The notes under the pieces: generated by a model | What the model saw: only the letters and a program-made list of their open reading frames with translations | The model's database searches: none | Told to the model about the DNA's origin: nothing | Part shown: positions 26,538-38,678 of the stretch, one piece after another | Numbering within the stretch: position 1 is the stretch's first letter | How the letters are laid out: every line of letters starts with the position of its first letter | Assembly: GCA_977020255.1 (NCBI GenBank) | Contig: CDROCS010000506.1 | Coordinates: 2,232,001-2,296,000, forward strand | From: Obrimoposthia wandeli | Lineage: Eukaryota | DNA: 64,000 nt | Direction of reading: 5' to 3' | Program-made: the position numbers and the translations under genes

Positions 26538-27428
26538 CTAAAATACCCAAGGTAAATAACAGTCGTTTACAATATTTTGCAGTTGCTCGCGCATTTGCTC
26601 AATCAACACTTTAAGCTCTACCGCAGACTTAGTGATATCTGTACTAATAGATTTTGAACCCAGTGTATTTGATTCACGATTGAACTCTTGCATCATGAAA
26701 TCAAGGCGACGGCCGCAAGCGCCACCTTTGGCTAAGATACTACGTGTTTCAGTTACGTGGGCATTTAAACGGTCAATCTCTTCTGCCACATCTAACTTTT
26801 GCGCCATTAAGATAAGTTCTTGCTCAACGCGTGTTTCATCAAGTTCGATTTTAGCATCGCTAAATTTCTTTTGAATACGTGCACGTTGCCATTCGATGAT
26901 CTCAGGCATTTTACCTTCAACGAAATCCGCTTGCTCGGAAATACCTGTTAGGCGTTGTTCTAACATTACTTGCAGTTTTTCACCTTCAGAGGCACGAGAA
27001 TCAAGAAATTCAATAAGGGTTTCGTCGAAAAAGCTCAATAGGTCAGTTGATAACTCGCCCATGTCTTTTTCTGCTGCTTCCATTACGCCAGGCCAGCGCA
27101 GGATATCAACAGGGTTTAATTTTGCTTTACCGGCTTTTTTAGATACCCAGTTCGCACTTTCAATTAATTTTGCTGCTAGCGCTTCGTTTAATTGTAATTC
27201 ACCGCTGTTGGCTGAGTTTGCTTCAAAACGCAGGCTACATTCTACTTTACCGCGTTGTAATTTTTTACGGAAACGTTCACGTAGTACAGCTTCTAAACCA
27301 CGAAATTGCTCAGGTAGTCGGATGTACGTTTCGAGGTAACGTTGGTTAACCGAACGGATCTCCCATACTGCTGTACCCCAATCGCCTTTAAACTCTTTAC
27401 GGGCATATGCCGTCATACTATGAATCAT
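26538..27428 (-). CDS. yicC: YicC/YloC family endoribonuclease with a non-canonical C-terminal extension
   Basis: MIHSMTAYAR, EIRSVNQRYLE, GRRLDFMMQEFNRESNTLGSKS; ends QNIVNDCYLPWVF rather than the usual QNIE. Confidence 0.95.
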   Translation of the reverse strand: MIHSMTAYARKEFKGDWGTAVWEIRSVNQRYLETYIRLPEQFRGLEAVLRERFRKKLQRGKVECSLRFEANSANSGELQLNEALAAKLIESANWVSKKAGKAKLNPVDILRWPGVMEAAEKDMGELSTDLLSFFDETLIEFLDSRASEGEKLQVMLEQRLTGISEQADFVEGKMPEIIEWQRARIQKKFSDAKIELDETRVEQELILMAQKLDVAEEIDRLNAHVTETRSILAKGGACGRRLDFMMQEFNRESNTLGSKSISTDITKSAVELKVLIEQMREQLQNIVNDCYLPWVF

Positions 27429-27550
27429 GTTGAATCCGTTAATTAAAGTAAATTAAGCCAATTATACCCGCAGGTTATTACAACTTGCTATAGCGATAGT
27501 TTAGCTTAGCTCATATAATATTGGGCAATCATCAATGAAGAGTTAAAATA

Positions 27551-28282
27551 ATGCGCCCAAGTCAAAGAACATTAGGTCAAATTAGACCTGTAACAATTAC
27601 CCGTAACTTTACCGCTCATGCAGAAGGTTCTGTATTAGTTGAATTTGGCGGTACTAAGGTATTGTGTACTGCGACTGTTGAAAACAATGTGCCACGTTTC
27701 TTGAAGGGTAAAGGCCAAGGTTGGGTTACAGCTGAATACGGCATGCTACCGCGCTCTACGCACAAACGTATGAATCGTGAAGCAGCACGAGGTGGACAAA
27801 CTGGACGCACTATGGAAATTCAACGTCTGATCGCACGTTCATTACGTGCTTGTATCGACCTTGGTTCATTAGGTGAACACACGATTGTAATCGATTGTGA
27901 TGTTATCCAAGCTGACGGCGGCACACGTACTGCCGCTATTACTGGCGCTTGTGTGGCTTTGGCTGATGCGATTGAATTTTTGATCCGTAAAGGTAAATTA
28001 AAAATTAGCCCAATCAAATTTATGATCGCAGCTGTGTCTGTTGGTATCTATAAAGGCGAAGCGATATGCGATTTAGATTACCCTGAAGATTCTGATGCTG
28101 AAACAGACATGAATGTGGTGATGACGGATACTGGTAAATTTATCGAGATCCAAGGTACTGCAGAAGGTGAACCGTTTAGCCACGAAGAAATGCTAGACAT
28201 GCTGGCGTTAGCGAAAGATGGCATCGAGCAGATCATTATAGAGCAAAAGAAAGCACTCGGTGATAGCTTGATTAAAGTGTAA
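27551..28282 (+). CDS. rph: Ribonuclease PH
   Basis: [55 protein letters not shown]. Confidence 0.98.
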   Translation: MRPSQRTLGQIRPVTITRNFTAHAEGSVLVEFGGTKVLCTATVENNVPRFLKGKGQGWVTAEYGMLPRSTHKRMNREAARGGQTGRTMEIQRLIARSLRACIDLGSLGEHTIVIDCDVIQADGGTRTAAITGACVALADAIEFLIRKGKLKISPIKFMIAAVSVGIYKGEAICDLDYPEDSDAETDMNVVMTDTGKFIEIQGTAEGEPFSHEEMLDMLALAKDGIEQIIIEQKKALGDSLIKV

Positions 28283-28426
28283 AGCTTGTTAGAATAGCGG
28301 CGCTTATCGTTAGTCGCCAAGCGCTAACAAGGTTAATTGCCTAATAATATTCCCCATATTATTAGGCTTTTTAGGTGAAGTGGCTTTTAGCCCACAACAT
28401 CTAATTAATCATAATAGGGGAAAACG

Positions 28427-29068
28427 ATGAAAGATTACCAACGCGAGTTTATTGAGTTTGCTTTAGAAAAAGAAGTGCTTAAATTTGGTGAATTCACACT
28501 AAAGTCTGGTCGTACTAGCCCTTATTTCTTCAACGCAGGTCTGTTTAACACTGGTCGTGACTTATCACGTCTAGGTCGTTTCTATGCAGCTGCTTTAGTT
28601 GATTCTGGTATCGAATACGATGTGGTATTTGGTCCTGCCTACAAAGGTATCCCAATCGCGACAACTACGGTTGTAGCGCTGAACGATCATCATGACATTG
28701 ATGCACCTTATTGTTTTAACCGCAAAGAGAAAAAAGACCACGGCGAAGGTGGTTCATTAGTCGGTTCTGCATTGGAAGGTCGTATCGTATTGGTTGATGA
28801 TGTGATCACTGCCGGTACTGCAATCCGTGAATCAATGGATATCATCCAAGCACATAACGCTGAACTTTCAGGTGTATTAATCGCACTAGATCGCCAAGAA
28901 AAAGGCAAAGGCGAATTATCTGCAATCCAAGAAATTGAACGTGATTATGGCTGTAAAGTATTATCAATCGTCACATTGGGTGACCTTGTTACTTTCTTAG
29001 CGGATAAGCCAGAAATGCAACAACACCTAGAGACAGTAAAAAAATATCGTGAAAACTACGGTATCTAA
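28427..29068 (+). CDS. pyrE: Orotate phosphoribosyltransferase
   Basis: [41 protein letters not shown]. Confidence 0.98.
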   Translation: MKDYQREFIEFALEKEVLKFGEFTLKSGRTSPYFFNAGLFNTGRDLSRLGRFYAAALVDSGIEYDVVFGPAYKGIPIATTTVVALNDHHDIDAPYCFNRKEKKDHGEGGSLVGSALEGRIVLVDDVITAGTAIRESMDIIQAHNAELSGVLIALDRQEKGKGELSAIQEIERDYGCKVLSIVTLGDLVTFLADKPEMQQHLETVKKYRENYGI

Positions 29069-29147
29069 TTTATACGTTTAACGTTGTTAGTTAGAAAGTA
29101 GCAGTGATAAATACTGTTATTATAAGTACGGTTATTATAAAAACAGC

Positions 29148-29172
29148 AAAGGCTACCGAGGTAGCCTTTTTT
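29148..29172. terminator. Bidirectional terminator pyrE/slmA
   Basis: AAAGGCTAC-cgag-GTAGCCTTTTTT. Confidence 0.85.
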
Positions 29173-29192
29173 GTTTTTACGGTTTGCAGTTA

Positions 29193-29795
29193 TTAGCTTT
29201 GCAGCAGCTGCTTGCGTAAGAATTCCCACTGTTGATCAAAGTCTGTCGTCGGTTTTAATACAAAGCGAGTACGTACATATTGATTCATACGGCCTTCTGC
29301 ATATGCCAGCAATAAGTTCGCTAACATACCTTCATCTAAGCTAAAACCGGCGCCGTCACGCATTTTTTTCTCACGCAGTAATTGTTTTAAGTGAGTTTCA
29401 ATTTTTGCGTATAGCGCGCTGATTTGTTCACCAAGGCGTTCGTGTTCACCTTGCAGTGCATCACCAGTCATAATACGGGTGATACCTGGATTACGTTCGG
29501 TAAATACCAGCAACAAATGCAGGATGTGATGACAACGGGTAATGGTATCTTTCTCTTCATTTAAGATTTGATTAATACCGGCTAAGATCGAATCTTCGAT
29601 AAAGGTAATTAAGCCTTCAAACATACGCGCTTTACTGGGAAAGTGTCTGTATAGAGCAGCCTCTGATACACCCACTTCTTTAGCTAGCTTAGCCGTCGTT
29701 ATACGTTGGCCAGCGTTCGTTTCCAGCATGTGTGCTAACGCTTGTAAAATCTGTTCACGACGATTCTTTTTAGTGCTTGTTGACATCTTTTTCAT
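29193..29795 (-). CDS. slmA: Nucleoid occlusion factor SlmA
   Basis: [43 protein letters not shown]; synteny with dut. Confidence 0.96.
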   Translation of the reverse strand: MKKMSTSTKKNRREQILQALAHMLETNAGQRITTAKLAKEVGVSEAALYRHFPSKARMFEGLITFIEDSILAGINQILNEEKDTITRCHHILHLLLVFTERNPGITRIMTGDALQGEHERLGEQISALYAKIETHLKQLLREKKMRDGAGFSLDEGMLANLLLAYAEGRMNQYVRTRFVLKPTTDFDQQWEFLRKQLLQS

Positions 29796-29814
29796 CCTAG
29801 AATGGTGTTAACTG

Positions 29815-30294
29815 TTATTGCTTACCCGAATGGCCAAAGCCACCTTCGCCACGTTCACTACTATCAAACTCTTCAACAATGGTGAGTTGTGCTTGTATTA
29901 CTGGCACTATCATCATCTGAGCAATGCGATCGCCCGGTTGAATACTAAAGCTGTCTTGACCGCGATTCCAACATGAAATCATTAATTCACCTTGGTAATC
30001 AGAATCAATTAACCCCACTAAGTTACCCAACACAATACCGTGTTTATGGCCTAGACCTGAACGCGGTAAAATAGTTGCTGCCATAGTCGGGTCGGCAATA
30101 TGAATCGCAATACCGGTTGGGATCAAGTGTGTTTCACCTGGGTTAACTGTTAATGGCTCTGCAAGACAAGCACGCAGGTCTAAACCCGCCGAACCCGGTG
30201 TTGCATAGCTTGGTAACGGAAATTCAGTACCCACACGTGGATTTAAAATTTTAACTTCTATTTGCTTCATTGTTTGTTTCACTAAATATATCAA
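29815..30294 (-). CDS. dut: dUTP diphosphatase
   Basis: [38 protein letters not shown]. Confidence 0.98.
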   Translation of the reverse strand: MIYLVKQTMKQIEVKILNPRVGTEFPLPSYATPGSAGLDLRACLAEPLTVNPGETHLIPTGIAIHIADPTMAATILPRSGLGHKHGIVLGNLVGLIDSDYQGELMISCWNRGQDSFSIQPGDRIAQMMIVPVIQAQLTIVEEFDSSERGEGGFGHSGKQ

Positions 30295-30373
30295 TTAATG
30301 GCTCAACCGTGCATTGCGTTAGCGCAATACAAGATTAGATGCCGAGTATTTTTATTGTTATTTTTATTATTTT

Positions 30374-31609
30374 TTATGAGCTGGTATTGGCGTTGAACTG
30401 AGTGGCAATTAATTGTAGTAATTGTACTGCCACCACTTGCTTGTTGGCTAACGCTATTTGCGTTGTGCCTTGTGGCCAAAATACCGTTAATGCGTTGTCG
30501 TCAGCATTAAAACCTTGGCCTGATTGTGCCACGTCATTTGCGGCGATCATAGCAAGATTTTTACGTTGCATTTTGTCGCGTGCATAATGTTCAACATCTT
30601 GGGTTTCTGCAGCAAAACCGACAGTAAAAGGCGCATTTTCGAGCGCGGCGACACTGGCAACAATATCGGGGTTTTTGATCATGCGTACGACCATTTCATC
30701 GCTATTGGTTTTTTTGATTTTTTGTTCTGCGATATTTTCAGGGCGGTAATCGGCCACGGCAGCACAAGCAATGAAAATGTCTTGTTGCTGAATGTCGGCC
30801 ATGACGGCAGCGTGCATATCTAGTGCGCTGGTCACTTTAACAAGATGGCATGAAGTGGGCGCTGCTAATGCAACAGGGCCACTTACTACGGTGACATTCG
30901 CACCTAATGAACGTGCCGCTTGGGCCAGTGCATAACCCATTTTACCTGAGCTGTGATTACTGATATAGCGCACCGGGTCAATCGCCTCGCGCGTTGGTCC
31001 TGCGGTGATCATAATATTCTTACCGGCTAATAGTTGCGGCTTTTCTTGTTCGCTAAAGTAGTTAACAACAGCTGTCACTAACTCGTCAGGATTCACCATT
31101 CTACCTGGGCCTACATCACCACACGCTTGTGCGCCTGCTGCTGGTCCCCATAGTGTAATGTTGCGTTGTTTAAGCGTGGCTAAATTCGCTTGTGTTGCTG
31201 GGGCTTGATACATCACTTGATTCATCGCTGGTGCAATGGCAATCGGTGCTGGCGTTGCTAGGCATAACGTCGAGAGTAAATCATCAGCAATACCGGCTGT
31301 GAATTTGGCAATGAAATTAGCGGTCGCGGGGGCAATTAAGACTAAGTCTGCCCATTTTGCGAATTCGATATGACCCATACCAGCCTCGGCTGCTGGATCT
31401 AATAAACTGTGTGCAACGGGGTTACCTGAGACTGCTTGCATCGTGAGCGGAGTGATAAACTCTTGCGCCGATTGGGTCATGACGACGCGAACTTCTGCGC
31501 CTTGTTCCGTTAATCGACGGGTTAACTCTGCGCATTTATAAGCGGCGATACCGCCGGTGATACCGAGCAAAATGCGTTTATTGGCAATAGCAGTCATTGT
31601 GTATTCCAC
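30374..31609 (-). CDS. coaBC: Phosphopantothenoylcysteine decarboxylase/synthetase
   Basis: [54 protein letters not shown]. Confidence 0.98.
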   Translation of the reverse strand: MEYTMTAIANKRILLGITGGIAAYKCAELTRRLTEQGAEVRVVMTQSAQEFITPLTMQAVSGNPVAHSLLDPAAEAGMGHIEFAKWADLVLIAPATANFIAKFTAGIADDLLSTLCLATPAPIAIAPAMNQVMYQAPATQANLATLKQRNITLWGPAAGAQACGDVGPGRMVNPDELVTAVVNYFSEQEKPQLLAGKNIMITAGPTREAIDPVRYISNHSSGKMGYALAQAARSLGANVTVVSGPVALAAPTSCHLVKVTSALDMHAAVMADIQQQDIFIACAAVADYRPENIAEQKIKKTNSDEMVVRMIKNPDIVASVAALENAPFTVGFAAETQDVEHYARDKMQRKNLAMIAANDVAQSGQGFNADDNALTVFWPQGTTQIALANKQVVAVQLLQLIATQFNANTSS

Positions 31610-31808
31610 GTTAAAATCTGAAAGGATATTCTAATAACGTAACAACAATACCATAATTAAATTCGCAGAGGCTAAGGTTTGTTATTAATTTTATATGCAT
31701 CATTATCAAATCTATAAATTTGAACTATTTCACTGTTTTATCATTATTGAGTTCGTTTATTCACCGAATAGCTAAGCTAACAGGACGTTATGTTAAATGG
31801 TGAAATAG

Positions 31809-32483
31809 ATGAAATTGAAATCGTTACCCAGTAGTGAAATGCCACGCGAAAAATTGGTCAAATTAGGCGCAAATGCATTATCCGATGCTGAATTGTTAGC
31901 AATATTCTTACGCACCGGCATCAAGGGCACCAATGTTGTGGCGTTGGCGAGCAATATATTAGTGGAGTTTGGCACCTTGCGGGCGTTATTTGCGGCCAGT
32001 GAGCATGAGTTTTGCCAGATTAAGGGATTGGGAGTGGCGAAATATGTGCAGTTGCAAGCCACGGTAGAGATGTCTCGACGCTTTTTAGCCGAGAAATTAG
32101 AACGCAGTAATGCCTTAACTAGCCCGCAAGAAAGCCGAGATTACATTCGGGCAAAGCTGCGCGATCAGCCTCATGAAGTGTTCGCGGTATTATTTTTAGA
32201 CAATAAGCACCGAGTTATTCGCTTTGAGGAGTTGTTTTATGGCACAATAGACAGTGCTAGTGTTTATCCGCGAGTGGTGGTTAAAAAAGCGTTAGAAAGA
32301 AATGCTGCGGCAGTGATTTTTGCGCACAACCATCCCTCTGGCATTGCTGAACCCAGCCGTGCAGATCGAATGATCACAGATAAACTTATCTCAGCCTTAC
32401 AATTAATTGATGTTAAAGTCCTCGATCATTTTGTTATAGGTGACAGTGACATAGCGAGCTTTGCAGAGCGAGGGTGGGTGTGA
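31809..32483 (+). CDS. radC: RadC/JAB domain protein (chromosomal yicR type)
   Basis: PREKL...[29 protein letters not shown]; canonical position between coaBC and rpmB. Confidence 0.95.
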   Translation: MKLKSLPSSEMPREKLVKLGANALSDAELLAIFLRTGIKGTNVVALASNILVEFGTLRALFAASEHEFCQIKGLGVAKYVQLQATVEMSRRFLAEKLERSNALTSPQESRDYIRAKLRDQPHEVFAVLFLDNKHRVIRFEELFYGTIDSASVYPRVVVKKALERNAAAVIFAHNHPSGIAEPSRADRMITDKLISALQLIDVKVLDHFVIGDSDIASFAERGWV

Positions 32484-32634
32484 AATTACGATTTTCATTC
32501 ATTTTTGAAATATAAAAAGCTTGCTCTATGTTTTAATTTACTGTATAAAATGCGGCCTTTAGCACGCGTCTTGGGCGACGGCCAACAAGACGCTGTATAT
32601 TTGCTCGAGCAAGAAAATATTTGGAGAAGACGAC

Positions 32635-32871
32635 ATGTCTAAAGTATGCCAAGTCACTGGTAAAAAACCAGCTGTTGGTAATAACGTTTCTCACGCAAAA
32701 AACCGCACACGTCGCCGTTTTTTGCCAAACCTACATACACACCGTTTTTGGGTTGAGAGCGAAAACCGCTTTGTTAAATTACGTCTTACTTGTAAAGGTA
32801 TGCGTATTATCGATAAAAAGGGTATTGATTCAGTTTTAGCTGAAATGCGTGCCCGTGGTGAGAAGGTTTAA
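32635..32871 (+). CDS. rpmB: 50S ribosomal protein L28
   Basis: [30 protein letters not shown]. Confidence 0.98.
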   Translation: MSKVCQVTGKKPAVGNNVSHAKNRTRRRFLPNLHTHRFWVESENRFVKLRLTCKGMRIIDKKGIDSVLAEMRARGEKV

Positions 32872-32882
32872 GGAACTATATT

Positions 32883-33038
32883 ATGCGCGATAAAATTCGT
32901 TTGAATTCATCTGCTGGTACAGGTCACTTCTATACCACTGATAAAAACAAAAAAAACATGCCTGAAAAAATGGAAATCATGAAATTTGATCCCGTTGTTC
33001 GTAAGCACGTTTTGTACAAAGAAGGTAAAATCAAGTAA
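32883..33038 (+). CDS. rpmG: 50S ribosomal protein L33 (51 aa, below the ORF-track cutoff)
   Basis: Hand translation [51 protein letters not shown]. Confidence 0.97.
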   Translation: MRDKIRLNSSAGTGHFYTTDKNKKNMPEKMEIMKFDPVVRKHVLYKEGKIK

Positions 33039-33062
33039 TTCTTGATTTTATGTTCGATATTG

Positions 33063-33090
33063 AAAACCCAGCTTTTGCTGGGTTTTTTTT
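33063..33090 (+). terminator. rpmBG terminator
   Basis: AAAACCCAGC-tttt-GCTGGGTTTTTTTT. Confidence 0.9.
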
Positions 33091-33190
33091 TGCCTAAAAT
33101 TCAGCCTTGAGAAACTTGCTCCTATCGGCGTTTTCACGTAATTTGCATATACTTATTGATAAATCAATGACTAGATTGGAAGGGTAGACC

Positions 33191-33655
33191 GTGCAGTTAT
33201 CACGACGAGGTTGGAATAATGTATTAATTTTTGCGGTATTGGCGATGATGCTGATATTTCAATATTCAGGCAAGAAGATGAATGGTGATGATACCGCGAC
33301 TCTATATCAATCTGCGCTACCGGCCAGTGCGGTAGTATTGTCGATGCAGTTTGATAATATTCAAATCCAACGCGTTGGCAGCCAACTGGCGACCAAGCCT
33401 GAACTGGGTTTGTCACAGCCACAATTGCAGCAAATCATTAAAGCATGGGAAAGTGCGACGTTTAAGCCTGTGGCTAAAGATGTAGTGATCGCCAATCTTG
33501 CTTACGGTATTAACATTTCCTTCGAATTGGCTAATTTAGCCGAACCTGTCACTTTAATTTTATATCAAATCGATAGCGGTTATTTGTTACAAAATTGGCA
33601 AAGCCAGTTATTACAAATTGATGAAACCGAACTGCAGGTTTTATTACCGCGTTAG
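33191..33655 (+). CDS. Hypothetical membrane-anchored protein between rpmG and mutM
   Basis: N-terminal TM (WNNVLIFAVLAMMLIF); fills the intergenic space co-directionally. Confidence 0.75.
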   Translation: MQLSRRGWNNVLIFAVLAMMLIFQYSGKKMNGDDTATLYQSALPASAVVLSMQFDNIQIQRVGSQLATKPELGLSQPQLQQIIKAWESATFKPVAKDVVIANLAYGINISFELANLAEPVTLILYQIDSGYLLQNWQSQLLQIDETELQVLLPR

Positions 33656-33714
33656 CCTTTTGGTTCAAACTCGCTATTTACTATCTAACTTAAACATAAC
33701 CGACTGGATGTCCT

Positions 33715-34527
33715 ATGCCTGAATTACCGGAAGTTGAAGTAAGCCGTCAAGGCATTGCACCGTATCTCGAAAATGCGCAGATAACCAAAATAATAGTGCG
33801 TAATGGTCAATTGCGTTGGCCTGTGCCAATGGCTTTGCAAGATGCAGTGGGCTGTATAGTGATAAGCGTACGTCGCCGAGCTAAATACTTACTTTTGGAA
33901 ACGGAAAAAGGCACGATCATCATTCATCTAGGGATGTCTGGTAGTCTGAGGGTTCTTGATTCAAGTGTAGCAGTCGAAAAACATGATCATGTGGACATCG
34001 TGCTGGATTCAGGTAAATGTCTTCGTCTGAACGATCCTAGGCGTTTTGGTTCGGTGTTGTGGCAAGTGGGCGAAGTGCTTGAACATAAATTATTAGCTAG
34101 CTTAGGTCCAGAACCACTAACCGATGATTTTACCGCGCAACGTTTGTTTGAGCGTTCTCGTTCGCGAAAGATGCCGGTTAAGTCATTTTTGATGGATAAT
34201 CATAACGTAGTTGGTGTTGGTAATATTTATGCCAATGAAGCTTTATTCGCTGCGGGTATTAGCCCAAAACGTGCAGCAGGTAATGTATCTTTACAGCGTT
34301 ATAAAGTCTTAGTCGATGAAGTGAAAAGTGTATTAGCTAAAGCGATTGCACAAGGCGGCACGACACTAAAAGATTTTACGCAGACCGATGGTAAGCCGGG
34401 CTATTTTGTACAGGAATTACAGGTGTATGGTAAAGCAGGCAAACCATGCCCTAAATGTGGAGAGGTATTACAGGCGGTTAAGATAGGTCAGCGCAACACG
34501 ATTTATTGTAACCAGTGTCAGCGCTAA
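33715..34527 (+). CDS. mutM: Formamidopyrimidine-DNA glycosylase
   Basis: [26 protein letters not shown]-terminal zinc finger CPKC...CNQCQ. Confidence 0.98.
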   Translation: MPELPEVEVSRQGIAPYLENAQITKIIVRNGQLRWPVPMALQDAVGCIVISVRRRAKYLLLETEKGTIIIHLGMSGSLRVLDSSVAVEKHDHVDIVLDSGKCLRLNDPRRFGSVLWQVGEVLEHKLLASLGPEPLTDDFTAQRLFERSRSRKMPVKSFLMDNHNVVGVGNIYANEALFAAGISPKRAAGNVSLQRYKVLVDEVKSVLAKAIAQGGTTLKDFTQTDGKPGYFVQELQVYGKAGKPCPKCGEVLQAVKIGQRNTIYCNQCQR

Positions 34528-34549
34528 CCACATATTTTTATCGTAAAGA

Positions 34550-35974
<1,425 letters not shown>

Positions 35975-36030
35975 GGTCACACGACGCATAAAATACCGAC
36001 TTTATATTACTCTAATTTTAATTGACGTTT

Positions 36031-37125
36031 TTAAAGCCATTTTTGTAAGCAAGATTTGACTTGCTCAATCGAAATTGCGTCCATTAAATCAGGACCTTTG
36101 GCTCTTACACCCCATTCACTATCGGGTAAATGTTGATGATAAACTTCAGCGACATCATCTAGATTATTATAAGGACCTGTGCGCCCTGGATTACTGTGCG
36201 CATATAAACCGACAACAGGTGTTCCGACTGTGGTACTCATGTGTGCGGGGCCTGTATCTGGCGCGAGCACTAGGTCGGCATGTTTTAGAATGGCGAGTAA
36301 TTGTTTTAGTGACGTTTCTCCCACCAAATTATTCACTGGCACTGTCGCAAGCTCGATAATCTCTTTGGCTAATTGTTTTTCACTGTCGGTCGGACCGCCA
36401 CAAATAGAGACTTGGTAATTATTTTCATGCATATAATTAGCTATTTCAGCATAGCCAGCAGTTGACCAATTCCGCTCAGCTTTACTGGCTGATGGACAAA
36501 TAATAAAGTTTTTCTTGGTATGGCTTAATTGTGAATGCGCCCATAAATTATCTTGGGTGGTAAGCGGTATGTCCCACTGCGGTGGTGCTACTGGCACGCC
36601 AATCGCTTCGGCAAATGCCATAAAGCCATCAAGTACGTGCGGTTGAGATTGTGGTTTTATTTTATTATTTGTAAATAGCCATTGGCCTTCTTTGGCTCTG
36701 ACTTTATCAAAGCCCCAACGTTGCTTCGCTTTGATGCATAAACTCGCGACGCTGGCTCTGAGTGCAACTTGCATGTGCAATAATACATCGAACTGGCGAT
36801 TGTTTAATTTTTTACGCAGGTCTGAATAGCCTTTCAGTCCCGTTTTTTTATCAAAAATAATAAATTCAACACCGGCGAGATCCCCCACTAACATCGCCTC
36901 TATTTTACCTATTACCCAAGTTATCTTGGCGTTTGGGTAGTGGCGTTGAATGGCTTGTACAACAGATACAGCATGGCAAACATCGCCAATTGCGGAAAAA
37001 CGTAAAATACAGATACTCTGTGGAGGGGTCATATTCATCATTTCTAGTTGTTGAATGTAAAAGGCTATTATGCAAATCGTTTGAGGTAATGTAAAATTTA
37101 TCGGTAAAGTTTTTTTGGAGATCAC
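36031..37125 (-). CDS. GT9 heptosyltransferase (OpsX/WaaC-like); likely start near 37041
   Basis: ICILRFSAIGDVCH, LAPDTGPAHM, GLYAHSNPGRTGPY. Confidence 0.9.
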   Translation of the reverse strand: MISKKTLPINFTLPQTICIIAFYIQQLEMMNMTPPQSICILRFSAIGDVCHAVSVVQAIQRHYPNAKITWVIGKIEAMLVGDLAGVEFIIFDKKTGLKGYSDLRKKLNNRQFDVLLHMQVALRASVASLCIKAKQRWGFDKVRAKEGQWLFTNNKIKPQSQPHVLDGFMAFAEAIGVPVAPPQWDIPLTTQDNLWAHSQLSHTKKNFIICPSASKAERNWSTAGYAEIANYMHENNYQVSICGGPTDSEKQLAKEIIELATVPVNNLVGETSLKQLLAILKHADLVLAPDTGPAHMSTTVGTPVVGLYAHSNPGRTGPYNNLDDVAEVYHQHLPDSEWGVRAKGPDLMDAISIEQVKSCLQKWL

Positions 37126-37833
37126 ATGTTAATAGACACACAAGGCGCTCGAGTCTTATTTTTTCAGGATGAATTAAAAGGCGAAATCACCCCCGAATAT
37201 TTTGATGGGGCGTATTGGCAACGGAATAATGCAATTATTGGGTCGGCATTTGGTCGTGGTATTACCTGGTTTTTCAAAATAAATAATGACGAGTTTGTAT
37301 TACGTCATTATCACCGCGGTGGGCTGGTTGGTAAGTTAATCAAGGATAGTTATTGCTATACAGGGCTTGAAAACACCCGTGCTTACCAAGAGTTTATGGT
37401 GACACAGCAATTAGTCGAAAAAGGTTTGCCGGCACCACAACCGGTAGCAGGTCAGGTAATTAAACACGGATTATTTTATCGTGCCGATTTAATTACGCAA
37501 AAAATTGCGGGTGCTAACGATTTGGTGGCTGTATTAAAAGATCGCGCGTTGAATCAAGATGATTACCAACAAATTGGCGAGATGATAAGACGTTTTCATG
37601 ATGTGAATTTATGGCATGCAGATTTAAACACCCATAACATCATTTTAGACGGTGATGGTAAGTGGTGGTTGATTGATTTTGACCGTTGTAAATTTAAACC
37701 TGCAGCTGATTCATGGAAACAAGCAAACCTAGCCCGTTTAAAACGTTCTTTTGTGAAAGAGCAAAGCAAAGACACTGCATTTAAATGGCAAACGTCTGAT
37801 TGGGATTTGTTGCTCGCTGGTTATCAGAATTGA
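37126..37833 (+). CDS. kdkA: 3-deoxy-D-manno-octulosonic acid kinase
   Basis: GSAFGRGITWF, LRHYHRGGLVGK, HADLN.HNI, WLIDFDR, NLARLKRSF.KE. Confidence 0.95.
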   Translation: MLIDTQGARVLFFQDELKGEITPEYFDGAYWQRNNAIIGSAFGRGITWFFKINNDEFVLRHYHRGGLVGKLIKDSYCYTGLENTRAYQEFMVTQQLVEKGLPAPQPVAGQVIKHGLFYRADLITQKIAGANDLVAVLKDRALNQDDYQQIGEMIRRFHDVNLWHADLNTHNIILDGDGKWWLIDFDRCKFKPAADSWKQANLARLKRSFVKEQSKDTAFKWQTSDWDLLLAGYQN

Positions 37834-37927
37834 GCGAATATTCTAACAATGAGATATTACACTGTGTCATTTAGCAATAAGTGTGCGAGTATTAACAAAT
37901 CTATTATAAATCAAAGCGGTCATTTTC

Positions 37928-38593
37928 ATGAAAACCAGAGATAAGATCATTCATACTGCACTTGAGCTGTTTAATGAATGTGGTGAGCGTAATGTCACTA
38001 CCAATCATATTGCTGCCCACTTAGGCATTAGTCCTGGTAATCTTTATTATCACTTTCGAAATAAAGAAGACATTATTGATTCTATCTTTGATCAATATGT
38101 AAATTATTTAGCTGAACATTTCCAACCTCATCGTGAAGGTGAAGTGACATTGGAAGTGATGATGAGTTATTTAGATTCTATGTTTGAAACCATGTGGCGT
38201 TTTCGATTTTTGTATTACAGCTTACCAAGTTTGCTGTCTCGAGATCCGAACTTACATAAAAAGTATTTGAAATTCCAAGAAGTTTCAGCTCAACGTGAAG
38301 TCGATTTATTATTTTCGTTACAGAAAAATAATGTCGTTAATATCCCGATGGAAGATCTGGATGAATTAGCTAATTCTATTAAAGTGGTATTGGTTTCTTG
38401 GGTAAGTTATCGCACCACTATTAGTAAAGATGCGAAGGTATATAAAACGGATATTTATCGCGGTATTCTCAAATCAATCTTTATGATGAAGCCTTACTTT
38501 ACCGAAAAAGCATTGGTTGATTATCAGCATATGCGTGAATATTATTTACGTTTAGCGACGGCTGATGTGGTTGTCACTGAGACGAACGGCTAA
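37928..38593 (+). CDS. TetR/AcrR family regulator
   Basis: MKTRDKII..ALELFNE.GE.NVTTNHIAAHLGISPGNLYYHFRNKEDI. Confidence 0.92.
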   Translation: MKTRDKIIHTALELFNECGERNVTTNHIAAHLGISPGNLYYHFRNKEDIIDSIFDQYVNYLAEHFQPHREGEVTLEVMMSYLDSMFETMWRFRFLYYSLPSLLSRDPNLHKKYLKFQEVSAQREVDLLFSLQKNNVVNIPMEDLDELANSIKVVLVSWVSYRTTISKDAKVYKTDIYRGILKSIFMMKPYFTEKALVDYQHMREYYLRLATADVVVTETNG

Positions 38594-38678
38594 TTTATTT
38601 ACGCTAGTGATATGCAATATGGTTTTCTTTCATCGACGATGATGTCATTGACTAAGATAACCATATTGATCAATCAGC

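Noticed and set aside
19270-26600. A second att copy of the yicC 3' end, an integrase, or integron attC sites
   Set aside because: I found no repeat of the yicC terminus, no tyrosine recombinase and no RYYYAAC/GTTRRRY-bounded hairpin, so no mobile_element feature was called.
31809-32483. radC as a marker of a mobile or anti-restriction element
   Set aside because: It is the full-length chromosomal copy in the canonical coaBC-radC-rpmBG context.
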